Part shown: positions 6,722 to 14,150 of the stretch, piece after piece
Numbering within the stretch: the first letter of the stretch is position 1
Layout of the letters: every line of letters begins with the position of its first letter
Assembly (NCBI GenBank): GCA_043718025.1
Contig: JAYSWN010000134.1
Span: 1 to 26,123 of the forward strand
Reading direction: 5' to 3'
Source: Pseudomonadota bacterium
GTDB taxonomy: Bacteria; Bdellovibrionota; FAC87; UBA2466
DNA: 26,123 nucleotides
Program-made: the position numbers and the translations under genes
The notes under the pieces: generated by a model
What the model was told of the DNA's origin: nothing
What the model saw: the letters and a program-made list of their open reading frames with translations, nothing else
Databases searched by the model: none

Positions 6722-8149
6722 TTGATCACGCGGTTTAAAAAACGAACGTCGATTTTCGGCAAAGTTTGCGGTGTGATGGTGTTGTTGGGGGGCCTTATCG
6801 CCGTCATCGTCAACGCCGGTCACGCCTTCGCTCCAGCGCCCGAATTGCGGCCTAGCCCTTTCACGGTAACCGAGCCTTTGGCGCGATTTATTTTAACGCA
6901 GCTGGGATCTCCTCCCTCATTCGAAAAAGGGCAACAGATTGCCGAACAAGTTGGACTTAGTATTCGCATCGAAGCTAACGCGTGGACGTGGAGTAGTTCC
7001 GATCAGCTTCCGCCATTAGCCACCGTGCCCAATGTGCCTCCGCTCCGCAGTTCGCTTAAAGGCGACGAGGCGCTCCAATGGATGCCGAGCCTTTTCTTGC
7101 CACTTCGACGCTATTTTACGTCTGCTACCGCGTCTCGCGCGCTGGCCAGCGCTTCGTTGCCCGACCACTACGTAAAATTTGCCCACCAATTTAGCGATGG
7201 TCCAGCCACCGTGTTTATGGCTGCGCCGTTTTCTCAGCGGTCGGAAAAGCCCTTGGCCGAAGCGCTGTCATCGGCGGTGGACATGCCACTGGCCATTATG
7301 TGGGCGCAAATTCTCGGAATTTTTTCGGTGGCGGGGCTGTTCTTCCTGCTGATGCGTTGGGTGCTTTTTCCGATCGCGGTTTTAAAAGAAGGGGTGCAGG
7401 CGATTGCCGAAGGCCACCTCGACTACCGGGTGCCGATCACCAGTTCGGACGAGGTGGGTCTTTTAACTTATAACTTTAATGAAATGGCCCATAGCGTGAA
7501 GCAGATGTTTGAAGCAAAGCGACAGCCTTTGCTCGAAGTGAGCCACTCACTTCTTTCGCCGCTTGGTCGCGCCAAAATTAGTCTACAGCAAATCCAATCC
7601 AGCGAAGCAAAGGCGCAAGTGGCGGCCGACTTGCTTGAGATCGAAAACATGGTGAACCACCTTTTAGAGTCGGCCCGCCACGAAAATGGCCATGGCCTGA
7701 TCCGTCGCGAAACCATTGATCTGGTTGCCCTCACCAAAGAGGTGGTCAAAAGCTACGCAGAGTTGGGCAAGCCCGTGGCCATCACTGAGCACCCGGCCAC
7801 CCTAATGGTGCGCGTTGACGTTGATGCCTTGAAACGCGTTTTGCGCAATCTCATTGAGAATGCCCTGAATCACTCCCCCGAGGGCAAGAGCGTGAGCGTG
7901 GGCCTAACCCAGCAACCCCAACGCGCCCGCTGGCAAGTGCGAGACGAAGGGGTAGGCATTGCCAAAGAAGAGCTGGCGCGGGTGTTTCAACCATTCTACC
8001 GGGGCGCTAAATCCGAGATCCAAAAAAAGGGCGGTTTAGGCCTGGGCCTAAGCCTTTGCAAAAGAATCGTGGAAGCCCACGGCGGCACCATCCAGCTCGA
8101 AAGTACGGCCGAGCGTGGCACCTCAGCCATTGTTGCTATCCCCCTTTAG
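6722..8149 (+). CDS. Membrane sensor histidine kinase (2 TM, HAMP, HisKA, HATPase_c) with atypical H-box
   Basis: HAMP (PIAVLKEGVQAIAEGHLD...DEVGLL...FNEMA), H-box VSHSLLSPL, N box NLIENALNH, G1 DEGVGI, F box VFQPFYR, G2 GGLGLGLS. TTG start with a G-rich SD. Confidence 0.92.
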   Translation: MITRFKKRTSIFGKVCGVMVLLGGLIAVIVNAGHAFAPAPELRPSPFTVTEPLARFILTQLGSPPSFEKGQQIAEQVGLSIRIEANAWTWSSSDQLPPLATVPNVPPLRSSLKGDEALQWMPSLFLPLRRYFTSATASRALASASLPDHYVKFAHQFSDGPATVFMAAPFSQRSEKPLAEALSSAVDMPLAIMWAQILGIFSVAGLFFLLMRWVLFPIAVLKEGVQAIAEGHLDYRVPITSSDEVGLLTYNFNEMAHSVKQMFEAKRQPLLEVSHSLLSPLGRAKISLQQIQSSEAKAQVAADLLEIENMVNHLLESARHENGHGLIRRETIDLVALTKEVVKSYAELGKPVAITEHPATLMVRVDVDALKRVLRNLIENALNHSPEGKSVSVGLTQQPQRARWQVRDEGVGIAKEELARVFQPFYRGAKSEIQKKGGLGLGLSLCKRIVEAHGGTIQLESTAERGTSAIVAIPL

Positions 8150-8394
8150 GCTACCTCCCAAAAAATGAATTGGACTTATAAGGTCTAGTTAATGCGGTGC
8201 GCTTTGTTTTTTTTGGGCAACTAGGACAAGGTACTAAGGTTACAGGTTTTATACTTGGCCGTTCGGGCTCACGCTGTTGAGTCATCCTGGGGATTTGCCC
8301 ACCAAATCATCCCCTGAAACTGCCTAAGTGAACCACCAAAAATTGATTTTTCCGACCAGATGCGTTAGGAGAGGGGTTACTCAAAAACAGACAC

Positions 8395-9114
8395 GTGAAG
8401 ACTATTGCCATCATTTTAGCCTTTTGCCTTCTTTCCGCCTGCGCGGGCGTCCGTTCTCGTTATCACGAGGTCGGTCAGGGCGAAACTTTGGGTTCAATCG
8501 CTAAAAAATTTGATGTGCCATTAAATGGGTTGGTCGCTTCCAATCCCGAAGTGGTGAACAAGGGCGCGGTCAAAACGGGCGAAAAGATTTATATCCCCTT
8601 TGAAGAGCGTTCTGATTGGGACGCTGAAAATTCAACCCTTACCTATGCCGTAGACAAACGTGTGCCGGCCAGCAAAGAGGCAAAGGGCGAAAACCTTCCG
8701 GCTTTTATTTGGCCTACGCGTGGCAATTTAAGTTCGTTTTTTGGTCTGCGTTACCGCCACCGTAAAGAGACCGCTCACGAAGGCATTGACGTCGCGGCAC
8801 CTACCGGCACTCCGGTAAAGGCGGCACGTTCGGGCCATGTGATTTACGTGGGCAATCGCATTAAGGGGTACGGCAACATGGTGATCGTTCGCCACGCCGA
8901 CACCTATTCAACCGTATATGCGCACCTTTCTAAATTTAACGTTAAGAAGGGTCAGTTCATTTCGCGCGGCTCACTCTTAGGCAAAGTGGGACGCACCGGC
9001 CGCGCTCGTGGCGCGCATCTGCACTTTGAAATTCGCGATGGCCAGACTCCGGTCGATCCGATGCTCTATCTCCCCGGTGGCCAGTACGCCGTCAGTGGTT
9101 TTTCTAAAAACTAA
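8395..9114 (+). CDS. LysM + M23 metallopeptidase lipoprotein (NlpD-like)
   Basis: Lipobox LSAC, LysM (YHEVGQGETLGSIAKKF...ASNP), M23 motifs HEGID, YAHL and HLHFEIR. Confidence 0.93.
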   Translation: MKTIAIILAFCLLSACAGVRSRYHEVGQGETLGSIAKKFDVPLNGLVASNPEVVNKGAVKTGEKIYIPFEERSDWDAENSTLTYAVDKRVPASKEAKGENLPAFIWPTRGNLSSFFGLRYRHRKETAHEGIDVAAPTGTPVKAARSGHVIYVGNRIKGYGNMVIVRHADTYSTVYAHLSKFNVKKGQFISRGSLLGKVGRTGRARGAHLHFEIRDGQTPVDPMLYLPGGQYAVSGFSKN

Positions 9115-9121
9115 TTCAATT

Positions 9122-9805
9122 TTATTTGGCCGAAGTCTTGGTCATTACGTCGGTATCTTGAAACAGCGCCGCGACCGGATCTTTTGGATTTAAAGCTACC
9201 GGGCAGGTGTTTGCAGGCTCGCCCACCACTCCCGTCATTCCGCCTCCCGCACAAGCATAAGCAAACGCCCAGGCAAAAGCATAAACGCAAAGTGGCTTAG
9301 TAACGGTAGTGCATTTTTGGCTTCTACCGCACCTCACGCAGGCCGTAGCGGTTAGGGTTTTGCAAGCGAAGGCCGCACCAAATCCAGCTCCCCAGGCGCA
9401 GACGCGAGGGCAGTTAGCGGCGCCGGCGATTGGACCGTTTTTTAAGCAGACTGGCGCCAGCGCGGCGTTCGCATTGACCGCATTGGCACCGACGTTGCGG
9501 GCGGTGAGGCCACTCTGGTCACTAGTGACTTCGGTAATTTCCTTAAAATAACCTTCCAGTATGCTCTTGGCCACGTTGCCTGTCTCTTTGTCATCTGGGT
9601 CGTTAAGTAGGCCCTTAAAAAATTCTCGGTATTCCAACTCATTTGTATAAATCGCACTCTTGGGGTCGTTGATCATGCCGACCAGGCGAGTGACTGAGCT
9701 GTCAGGTACTAAACCGGATTGTGTTGTGGGGGCGCCTTTGTCTTTCACCTCAGCGCAGCTGATTAAGATAAGCGAAACACAGGTGGCCAGGATTAAGCGA
9801 ATCAT
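9122..9805 (-). CDS. Cys-rich lipoprotein with a predicted disulfide-laddered beta-hairpin (227 aa)
   Basis: Lipobox LISC (C17), SD AAGGA, 10 Cys in residues 120-201, alternating Ala/aromatic strands. Confidence 0.85.
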   Translation of the reverse strand: MIRLILATCVSLILISCAEVKDKGAPTTQSGLVPDSSVTRLVGMINDPKSAIYTNELEYREFFKGLLNDPDDKETGNVAKSILEGYFKEITEVTSDQSGLTARNVGANAVNANAALAPVCLKNGPIAGAANCPRVCAWGAGFGAAFACKTLTATACVRCGRSQKCTTVTKPLCVYAFAWAFAYACAGGGMTGVVGEPANTCPVALNPKDPVAALFQDTDVMTKTSAK

Positions 9806-9852
9806 GGTTGAAGTCCTTGGTTGGCGTCTAAAGTGTTATTCCAGCTAACTAG

Positions 9853-9869
9853 AGCAAAGCGTATACCAA
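9853..9869 (-). promoter_or_regulatory. sigma54 (RpoN) -24/-12 promoter
   Basis: Minus strand reads TTGGTATACGCTTTGCT with GG-N10-GC spacing; predicted start near 9842. Imperfect palindrome GTCAAAAGATTAGAC (9900-9914) lies upstream. Confidence 0.7.
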
Positions 9870-10056
9870 GGGCTCGTGCGGGGAGAGAGTTGGCAGAGTG
9901 TCAAAAGATTAGACGGGTGTACGAGCCAAGCACAGGGGGCATTCGTCGGCGGGCCTTTTTCTTGCTCGCCCAATGTCCCAATGCCGACGTGAGCTACCTT
10001 GTTCGGGTGTTTTCCTTGCCTTTTCGCTGCTTTCCGCCGAAATTTAACCCCTCTTT

Positions 10057-10593
10057 ATGCAAACCGAACGGCCTAAAGCAACTCCAGTGGTGGCACCAAC
10101 CGATGAGTCGAAAGACTTTGCGTTCACTACGCGATTTTCAGATTTCATTTCTTGGGGCCGCAAAAATTCGCTTTGGCCACTCCCTTTTGGCACCGCCTGT
10201 TGCGCCATTGAGTACATGGGTGTGGTGTCTTCTCACTACGACGTTTCGCGTTTCGGCGCCGAAGTGGTTCGCTTTTCACCGCGCCAATCTGACTGCATGC
10301 TGGTGCTGGGCACGGTGGTCGAAAAAATGGGCCCCGTTCTAAAAAATATTTATGATCAAATGCTTGAGCCCAAGTACGTTATCGCGGTTGGCGTTTGCGC
10401 CTCTTCGGGCGGTTTTTATCGCGCCTACCACGTGATGCAAGGCATCGATTCGATTGTTCCGGTGGATGTTTACGTACCAGGATGCCCACCGACTCCAGAG
10501 GGGATTATTCATGGAATGATTCGCCTTCAAGAAAAGATCTCCAAGGGAGGAATTGTTCGTGCCCGAGACCGACATAAACTTATCGGTAAATAA
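10057..10593 (+). CDS. nuoB: NADH-quinone oxidoreductase subunit B
   Basis: [22 protein letters not shown] and [10 protein letters not shown] motifs (N2 cluster ligands). Confidence 0.97.
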   Translation: MQTERPKATPVVAPTDESKDFAFTTRFSDFISWGRKNSLWPLPFGTACCAIEYMGVVSSHYDVSRFGAEVVRFSPRQSDCMLVLGTVVEKMGPVLKNIYDQMLEPKYVIAVGVCASSGGFYRAYHVMQGIDSIVPVDVYVPGCPPTPEGIIHGMIRLQEKISKGGIVRARDRHKLIGK

Positions 10594-11083
10594 CTTTCCC
10601 GAATTCTCCACGGCGTTTGTCAGTGAGATTACGGCCACGGTGGAATTTCGTGGCGATCTTACGTTTGTGGTGAAACCCCAAAAAATTCGCGAGATGCTGC
10701 GTTTTCTAAAAGGGTTGCAACGTTGCCCCTTCTCTGTGCTGATGGACGTGTTTGCGATGGATTACCTAAAGGCGGCTGAAGAGACCCCTGAGCGTTATGC
10801 GGTGATCTATAATCTGTACTCCATCGAAACCAACTGCCGCGTTCGCCTGAAAGTGTTTCTCACTGAAGAAAAGCCCACGATCGATTCAGCGCACGATCTC
10901 TATGCCTCCGCCAATTGGTTTGAGCGCGAAGCGTGGGACCTGTTCGGTATCGTATTCACCGGCCATCCGCACTTGCAGCGTATTCTTTGTCACAATGATT
11001 TTGTCGGTCATCCGTTGCGCAAGGACTACCCCTCGGATGGATACCAACGGCTAAAAAGCGCCAGCTCGTCGACGGGACTTTAA
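10559..11083 (+). CDS. nuoC: NADH-quinone oxidoreductase subunit C
   Basis: [26 protein letters not shown]...[12 protein letters not shown] 10559 is preferred over TTG 10553 because GGAGG (10546-10550) is 8 nt upstream of it. Confidence 0.95.
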   Translation: MPETDINLSVNNFPEFSTAFVSEITATVEFRGDLTFVVKPQKIREMLRFLKGLQRCPFSVLMDVFAMDYLKAAEETPERYAVIYNLYSIETNCRVRLKVFLTEEKPTIDSAHDLYASANWFEREAWDLFGIVFTGHPHLQRILCHNDFVGHPLRKDYPSDGYQRLKSASSSTGL

Positions 11084-11086
11084 GAC

Positions 11087-12322
11087 ATGCTTGAAACCAA
11101 TAACCCTACTTTTGTTGCGCCAGGGGCCAGGCCACTTAGCGCGCCCCCGGGAACCGAAGATAAGTACCTCCGCCTTAATTTGGGGCCGTCGCACCCGGCC
11201 ACCCACGGCACACTGCGCATTTTTGTTGCCCTCGAGGGCGAAATTATTCGCGACATGAAGCTTGAGATTGGTTACTTGCACCGCTGTTTTGAAAAGATGG
11301 GAGAGACCCATACGTGGAACCAAGTCATTCCCTTTACCGATCGGCTTAACTACTGCTCGGCCATGATGAACAACGTGGGCTACGTGATGGCGGTAGAAAA
11401 GCTTTTGAATATTGAAGTGCCCAAGCGCACGCAGCGCATTCGTTTAATCATGTGCGAGCTTTCTCGCATTATTGATCATTTGGTTTGCATCGGCGCCAAT
11501 GCCGTGGATATCGGCGCGCTCACCTGTTTTTGGTACTTTTTTCGCGAGCGCGAAAATATTTATGATCTGTTCGAGGCCGCTTGCGGTGCGCGCTTAACTA
11601 CGAGCTACACCCGGGTGGGCGGTCTATACAAAGACCTGCCCGAAGGCTGGGTGGAGTGGTGTCAGCGGGTGATTAAACAAATTCCCCGCACGTTAGACGA
11701 CGTCGGCGGAATGCTCACTGACAACCGCATTTGGATCGATCGCACCAAGGGGGTGGGTTCGATTTCTAAAGAACGCGCCTTGGAGTACGGCTTTACCGGC
11801 CCCTGTTTGCGCGCTACCGGCGTGGCGCACGACCTGCGCAAAGTGAGCCCCTATTACGATTACGATAAATTTTCGTGGAATGTGGTGACGGCGACCGGCG
11901 GCTGCACCTACGCCCGCTACTTGGTGCGCATGGGTGAGATGCGCGAGAGCCTCAAGATTATTGAGCAGGCGCTGCAAGACATTCCTGAAGGGCCGGTCAA
12001 TGTGAGTGACTGGTCAATCGCGTTGCCGCCGAAAGAGCAGGTTTATTCAACGATTGAAGGGCTTATGGCCCATTTTAAATTGATCATGCACGGGATCAAA
12101 CCGCCGGTCGGTGAGGTTTATCAAGCTACGGAAGCGGCAAACGGAGAACTTGGTTTCTTCGTGCGCAGCGAAGGCGAGGGGCGGCCGGGTCGGGTTCGCG
12201 TCAGGCCCCCTTGCTTTGCCATTTATCAGGCGTTTCCGGAAATGGCGATTGGCCAAAGTGTGTCCGATGCCGTGGCCACCCTGGGAAGTTTGAATATCGT
12301 GGCCGGAGAATTGGATCGATGA
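11087..12322 (+). CDS. nuoD: NADH-quinone oxidoreductase subunit D
   Basis: NLGPSHPATHGTLR, IGYLHRCFEK, DRLNY and C-terminal GELDR. Confidence 0.97.
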   Translation: MLETNNPTFVAPGARPLSAPPGTEDKYLRLNLGPSHPATHGTLRIFVALEGEIIRDMKLEIGYLHRCFEKMGETHTWNQVIPFTDRLNYCSAMMNNVGYVMAVEKLLNIEVPKRTQRIRLIMCELSRIIDHLVCIGANAVDIGALTCFWYFFRERENIYDLFEAACGARLTTSYTRVGGLYKDLPEGWVEWCQRVIKQIPRTLDDVGGMLTDNRIWIDRTKGVGSISKERALEYGFTGPCLRATGVAHDLRKVSPYYDYDKFSWNVVTATGGCTYARYLVRMGEMRESLKIIEQALQDIPEGPVNVSDWSIALPPKEQVYSTIEGLMAHFKLIMHGIKPPVGEVYQATEAANGELGFFVRSEGEGRPGRVRVRPPCFAIYQAFPEMAIGQSVSDAVATLGSLNIVAGELDR

Positions 12323-12831
12323 GTGAAGCGCAGATTAAATTCAATCCCGAAACACAAAAGAGGTTTGATGCCACTTGTGCCAAGTACGAGCGCAAAGCCA
12401 GTGCCTTGTTGCCGACGTTGTATATGGCGCAAGAGCAGTTCGGGTTTTTGTCGTCCGACGTAATGAATTACGTGGCCACGCTTCTTCAAATGCCCCCGCG
12501 CGAGGTTTTTGAAGCGGTCAGTTTTTATACGATGTTTAAGCAAAAGGACATGGGCCAGTATGTTCTGCAAGTTTGTCAAAACGTCACCTGCTGCATGATG
12601 GGCTCTGACGATTTAATGGCGGTAGTAAAAGAGGAGTTGGGCCTCGGTCCCTCAGAAGTTACCGCCGACAAAAAGTTTAGTCTCGTTCCGGTGCAGTGTT
12701 TAGGTAGCTGCGATACCGCGCCAGTGGTTCAGGTTAACGAAGACTATATTGAAAATTTAGATCCCGAAAAATTTCGCGAACTCATCAGAAAACTGAAGGC
12801 CACTCCTGCCGCCGGCGAGGTGACGCCATGA
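12319..12831 (+). CDS. nuoE: NADH-quinone oxidoreductase subunit E (170 aa)
   Basis: VCQNVTC...QCLGSCDTAP [2Fe-2S] motif. ATG 12319 overlaps the nuoD stop (ATGA). Confidence 0.95.
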   Translation: MSEAQIKFNPETQKRFDATCAKYERKASALLPTLYMAQEQFGFLSSDVMNYVATLLQMPPREVFEAVSFYTMFKQKDMGQYVLQVCQNVTCCMMGSDDLMAVVKEELGLGPSEVTADKKFSLVPVQCLGSCDTAPVVQVNEDYIENLDPEKFRELIRKLKATPAAGEVTP

Positions 12832-14150
12832 AATTACTGAGCAAAGAACGCCAGATTTTACTTCGCAATATTGGCACTCCCGACCTTCACACCCTTACCG
12901 GTTATGAATCCACCGGTGGGTACAAGAACCTGAAAAAAGCCTTGGGCATGGCGCCCGACGCCATCATTGAAGAGGTTAAAAAGAGCGGGTTGCGTGGCCG
13001 CGGCGGAGCCGGCTTTCCTACGGGAATGAAGTGGGGCTTTGTTCCGTTTAAAATGGGTAAGCCCATTTACCTGCTCTGCAACGCCGACGAGTCCGAGCCC
13101 GGCTGTTTTAAAGACCGGTTGTTACTTGAGCACAACCCTCACTTGCTCATCGAGGGGATCATCATCGCCTCTTTCGCCGTGCGCAGTAATAAATCGTATA
13201 TCTACGTGCGCGGGGAGTACACCAAGGCCGCCAAGATCGTACAGAAGGCAATCGACGAGGCCTACGCCAAAGGCTACTTGGGTAAGAACATCTTGGGGTC
13301 CACGCATTCTCTAGAGTTGGTGCTCCACCGTGGGGCCGGCGCCTATATTTGTGGCGAAGAGACCGGTTTGATCTCTTCGCTCGAAGGAAAAAAGGGGTAC
13401 CCGCGCCTAAAACCGCCTTTCCCCGCGGTTTCCGGATTTTTGAACTGCCCTACCGTCGTGAACAATGTGGAAACGTTATCGAACATTCCTTGGATTATCG
13501 AACACGGCGGAGCGCAGTATGCAACCTACGGCACGGAGAAAAGCAAAGGCACCCGCCTGTTTTGCTTGTCGGGCTGGGTGAACAAACCGGGCGTCTACGA
13601 AGAAGAGCTGGGCCTCCCGCTTAAAGTGATGATCGAACATTACGGAGGGGGAATGAAGAACGGCGCCAAATTGAAAGCCGTAATCCCCGGCGGCAGCTCA
13701 ACCCCGCCGCTCACCGCCGAAGAAGCCGAGAAGTGTATCTTAGATTACGAAAGCGTCGCGCAGTTCGGCACTTTTTTGGGCGCTGGTGGCATTATTGTGA
13801 TTCCCGATCACATTCCGTTGATCAAGATCTTAGAGCGCATCGCCGAATTTTATTGGGATGAGTCTTGTGGGCAGTGCACCCCCTGTCGCGAAGGCACGGG
13901 CTGGCTCTACAAAACCATTCGGGCGATGGAGCACCACCGCGGCGCCAAAGAAGACATTAATGATTTGAAGCGAACGGCCAAATCGATGATGGGCGCCACC
14001 ATTTGCGCGCTGTCGGATGCAGCGGCGATGCCGGTGCTGGGTTTTTTAAACAAGTTTCCTGCCGAGTTCGAAGCCCTGTTGGCCGAGGCGGAACGGCGCC
14101 GGCAAGTTCCGGCTGGGCGCACATTGGGCGATCTAGAGGTGGGCGGATGA
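12828..14150 (+). CDS. nuoF: NADH-quinone oxidoreductase subunit F
   Basis: SGLRGRGGAGFPTG, NADESEPG, GAGAYICGEET and ESCGQCTPCREG motifs; ATGA overlap with nuoE. Confidence 0.97.
   Translation: MKLLSKERQILLRNIGTPDLHTLTGYESTGGYKNLKKALGMAPDAIIEEVKKSGLRGRGGAGFPTGMKWGFVPFKMGKPIYLLCNADESEPGCFKDRLLLEHNPHLLIEGIIIASFAVRSNKSYIYVRGEYTKAAKIVQKAIDEAYAKGYLGKNILGSTHSLELVLHRGAGAYICGEETGLISSLEGKKGYPRLKPPFPAVSGFLNCPTVVNNVETLSNIPWIIEHGGAQYATYGTEKSKGTRLFCLSGWVNKPGVYEEELGLPLKVMIEHYGGGMKNGAKLKAVIPGGSSTPPLTAEEAEKCILDYESVAQFGTFLGAGGIIVIPDHIPLIKILERIAEFYWDESCGQCTPCREGTGWLYKTIRAMEHHRGAKEDINDLKRTAKSMMGATICALSDAAAMPVLGFLNKFPAEFEALLAEAERRRQVPAGRTLGDLEVGG

Noticed and set aside
9821..10342. 173-aa plus-strand ORF at the position where nuoA would be expected
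   Set aside because: No three-TM NuoA pattern or YECG motif. It overlaps nuoB out of frame and covers the promoter region.
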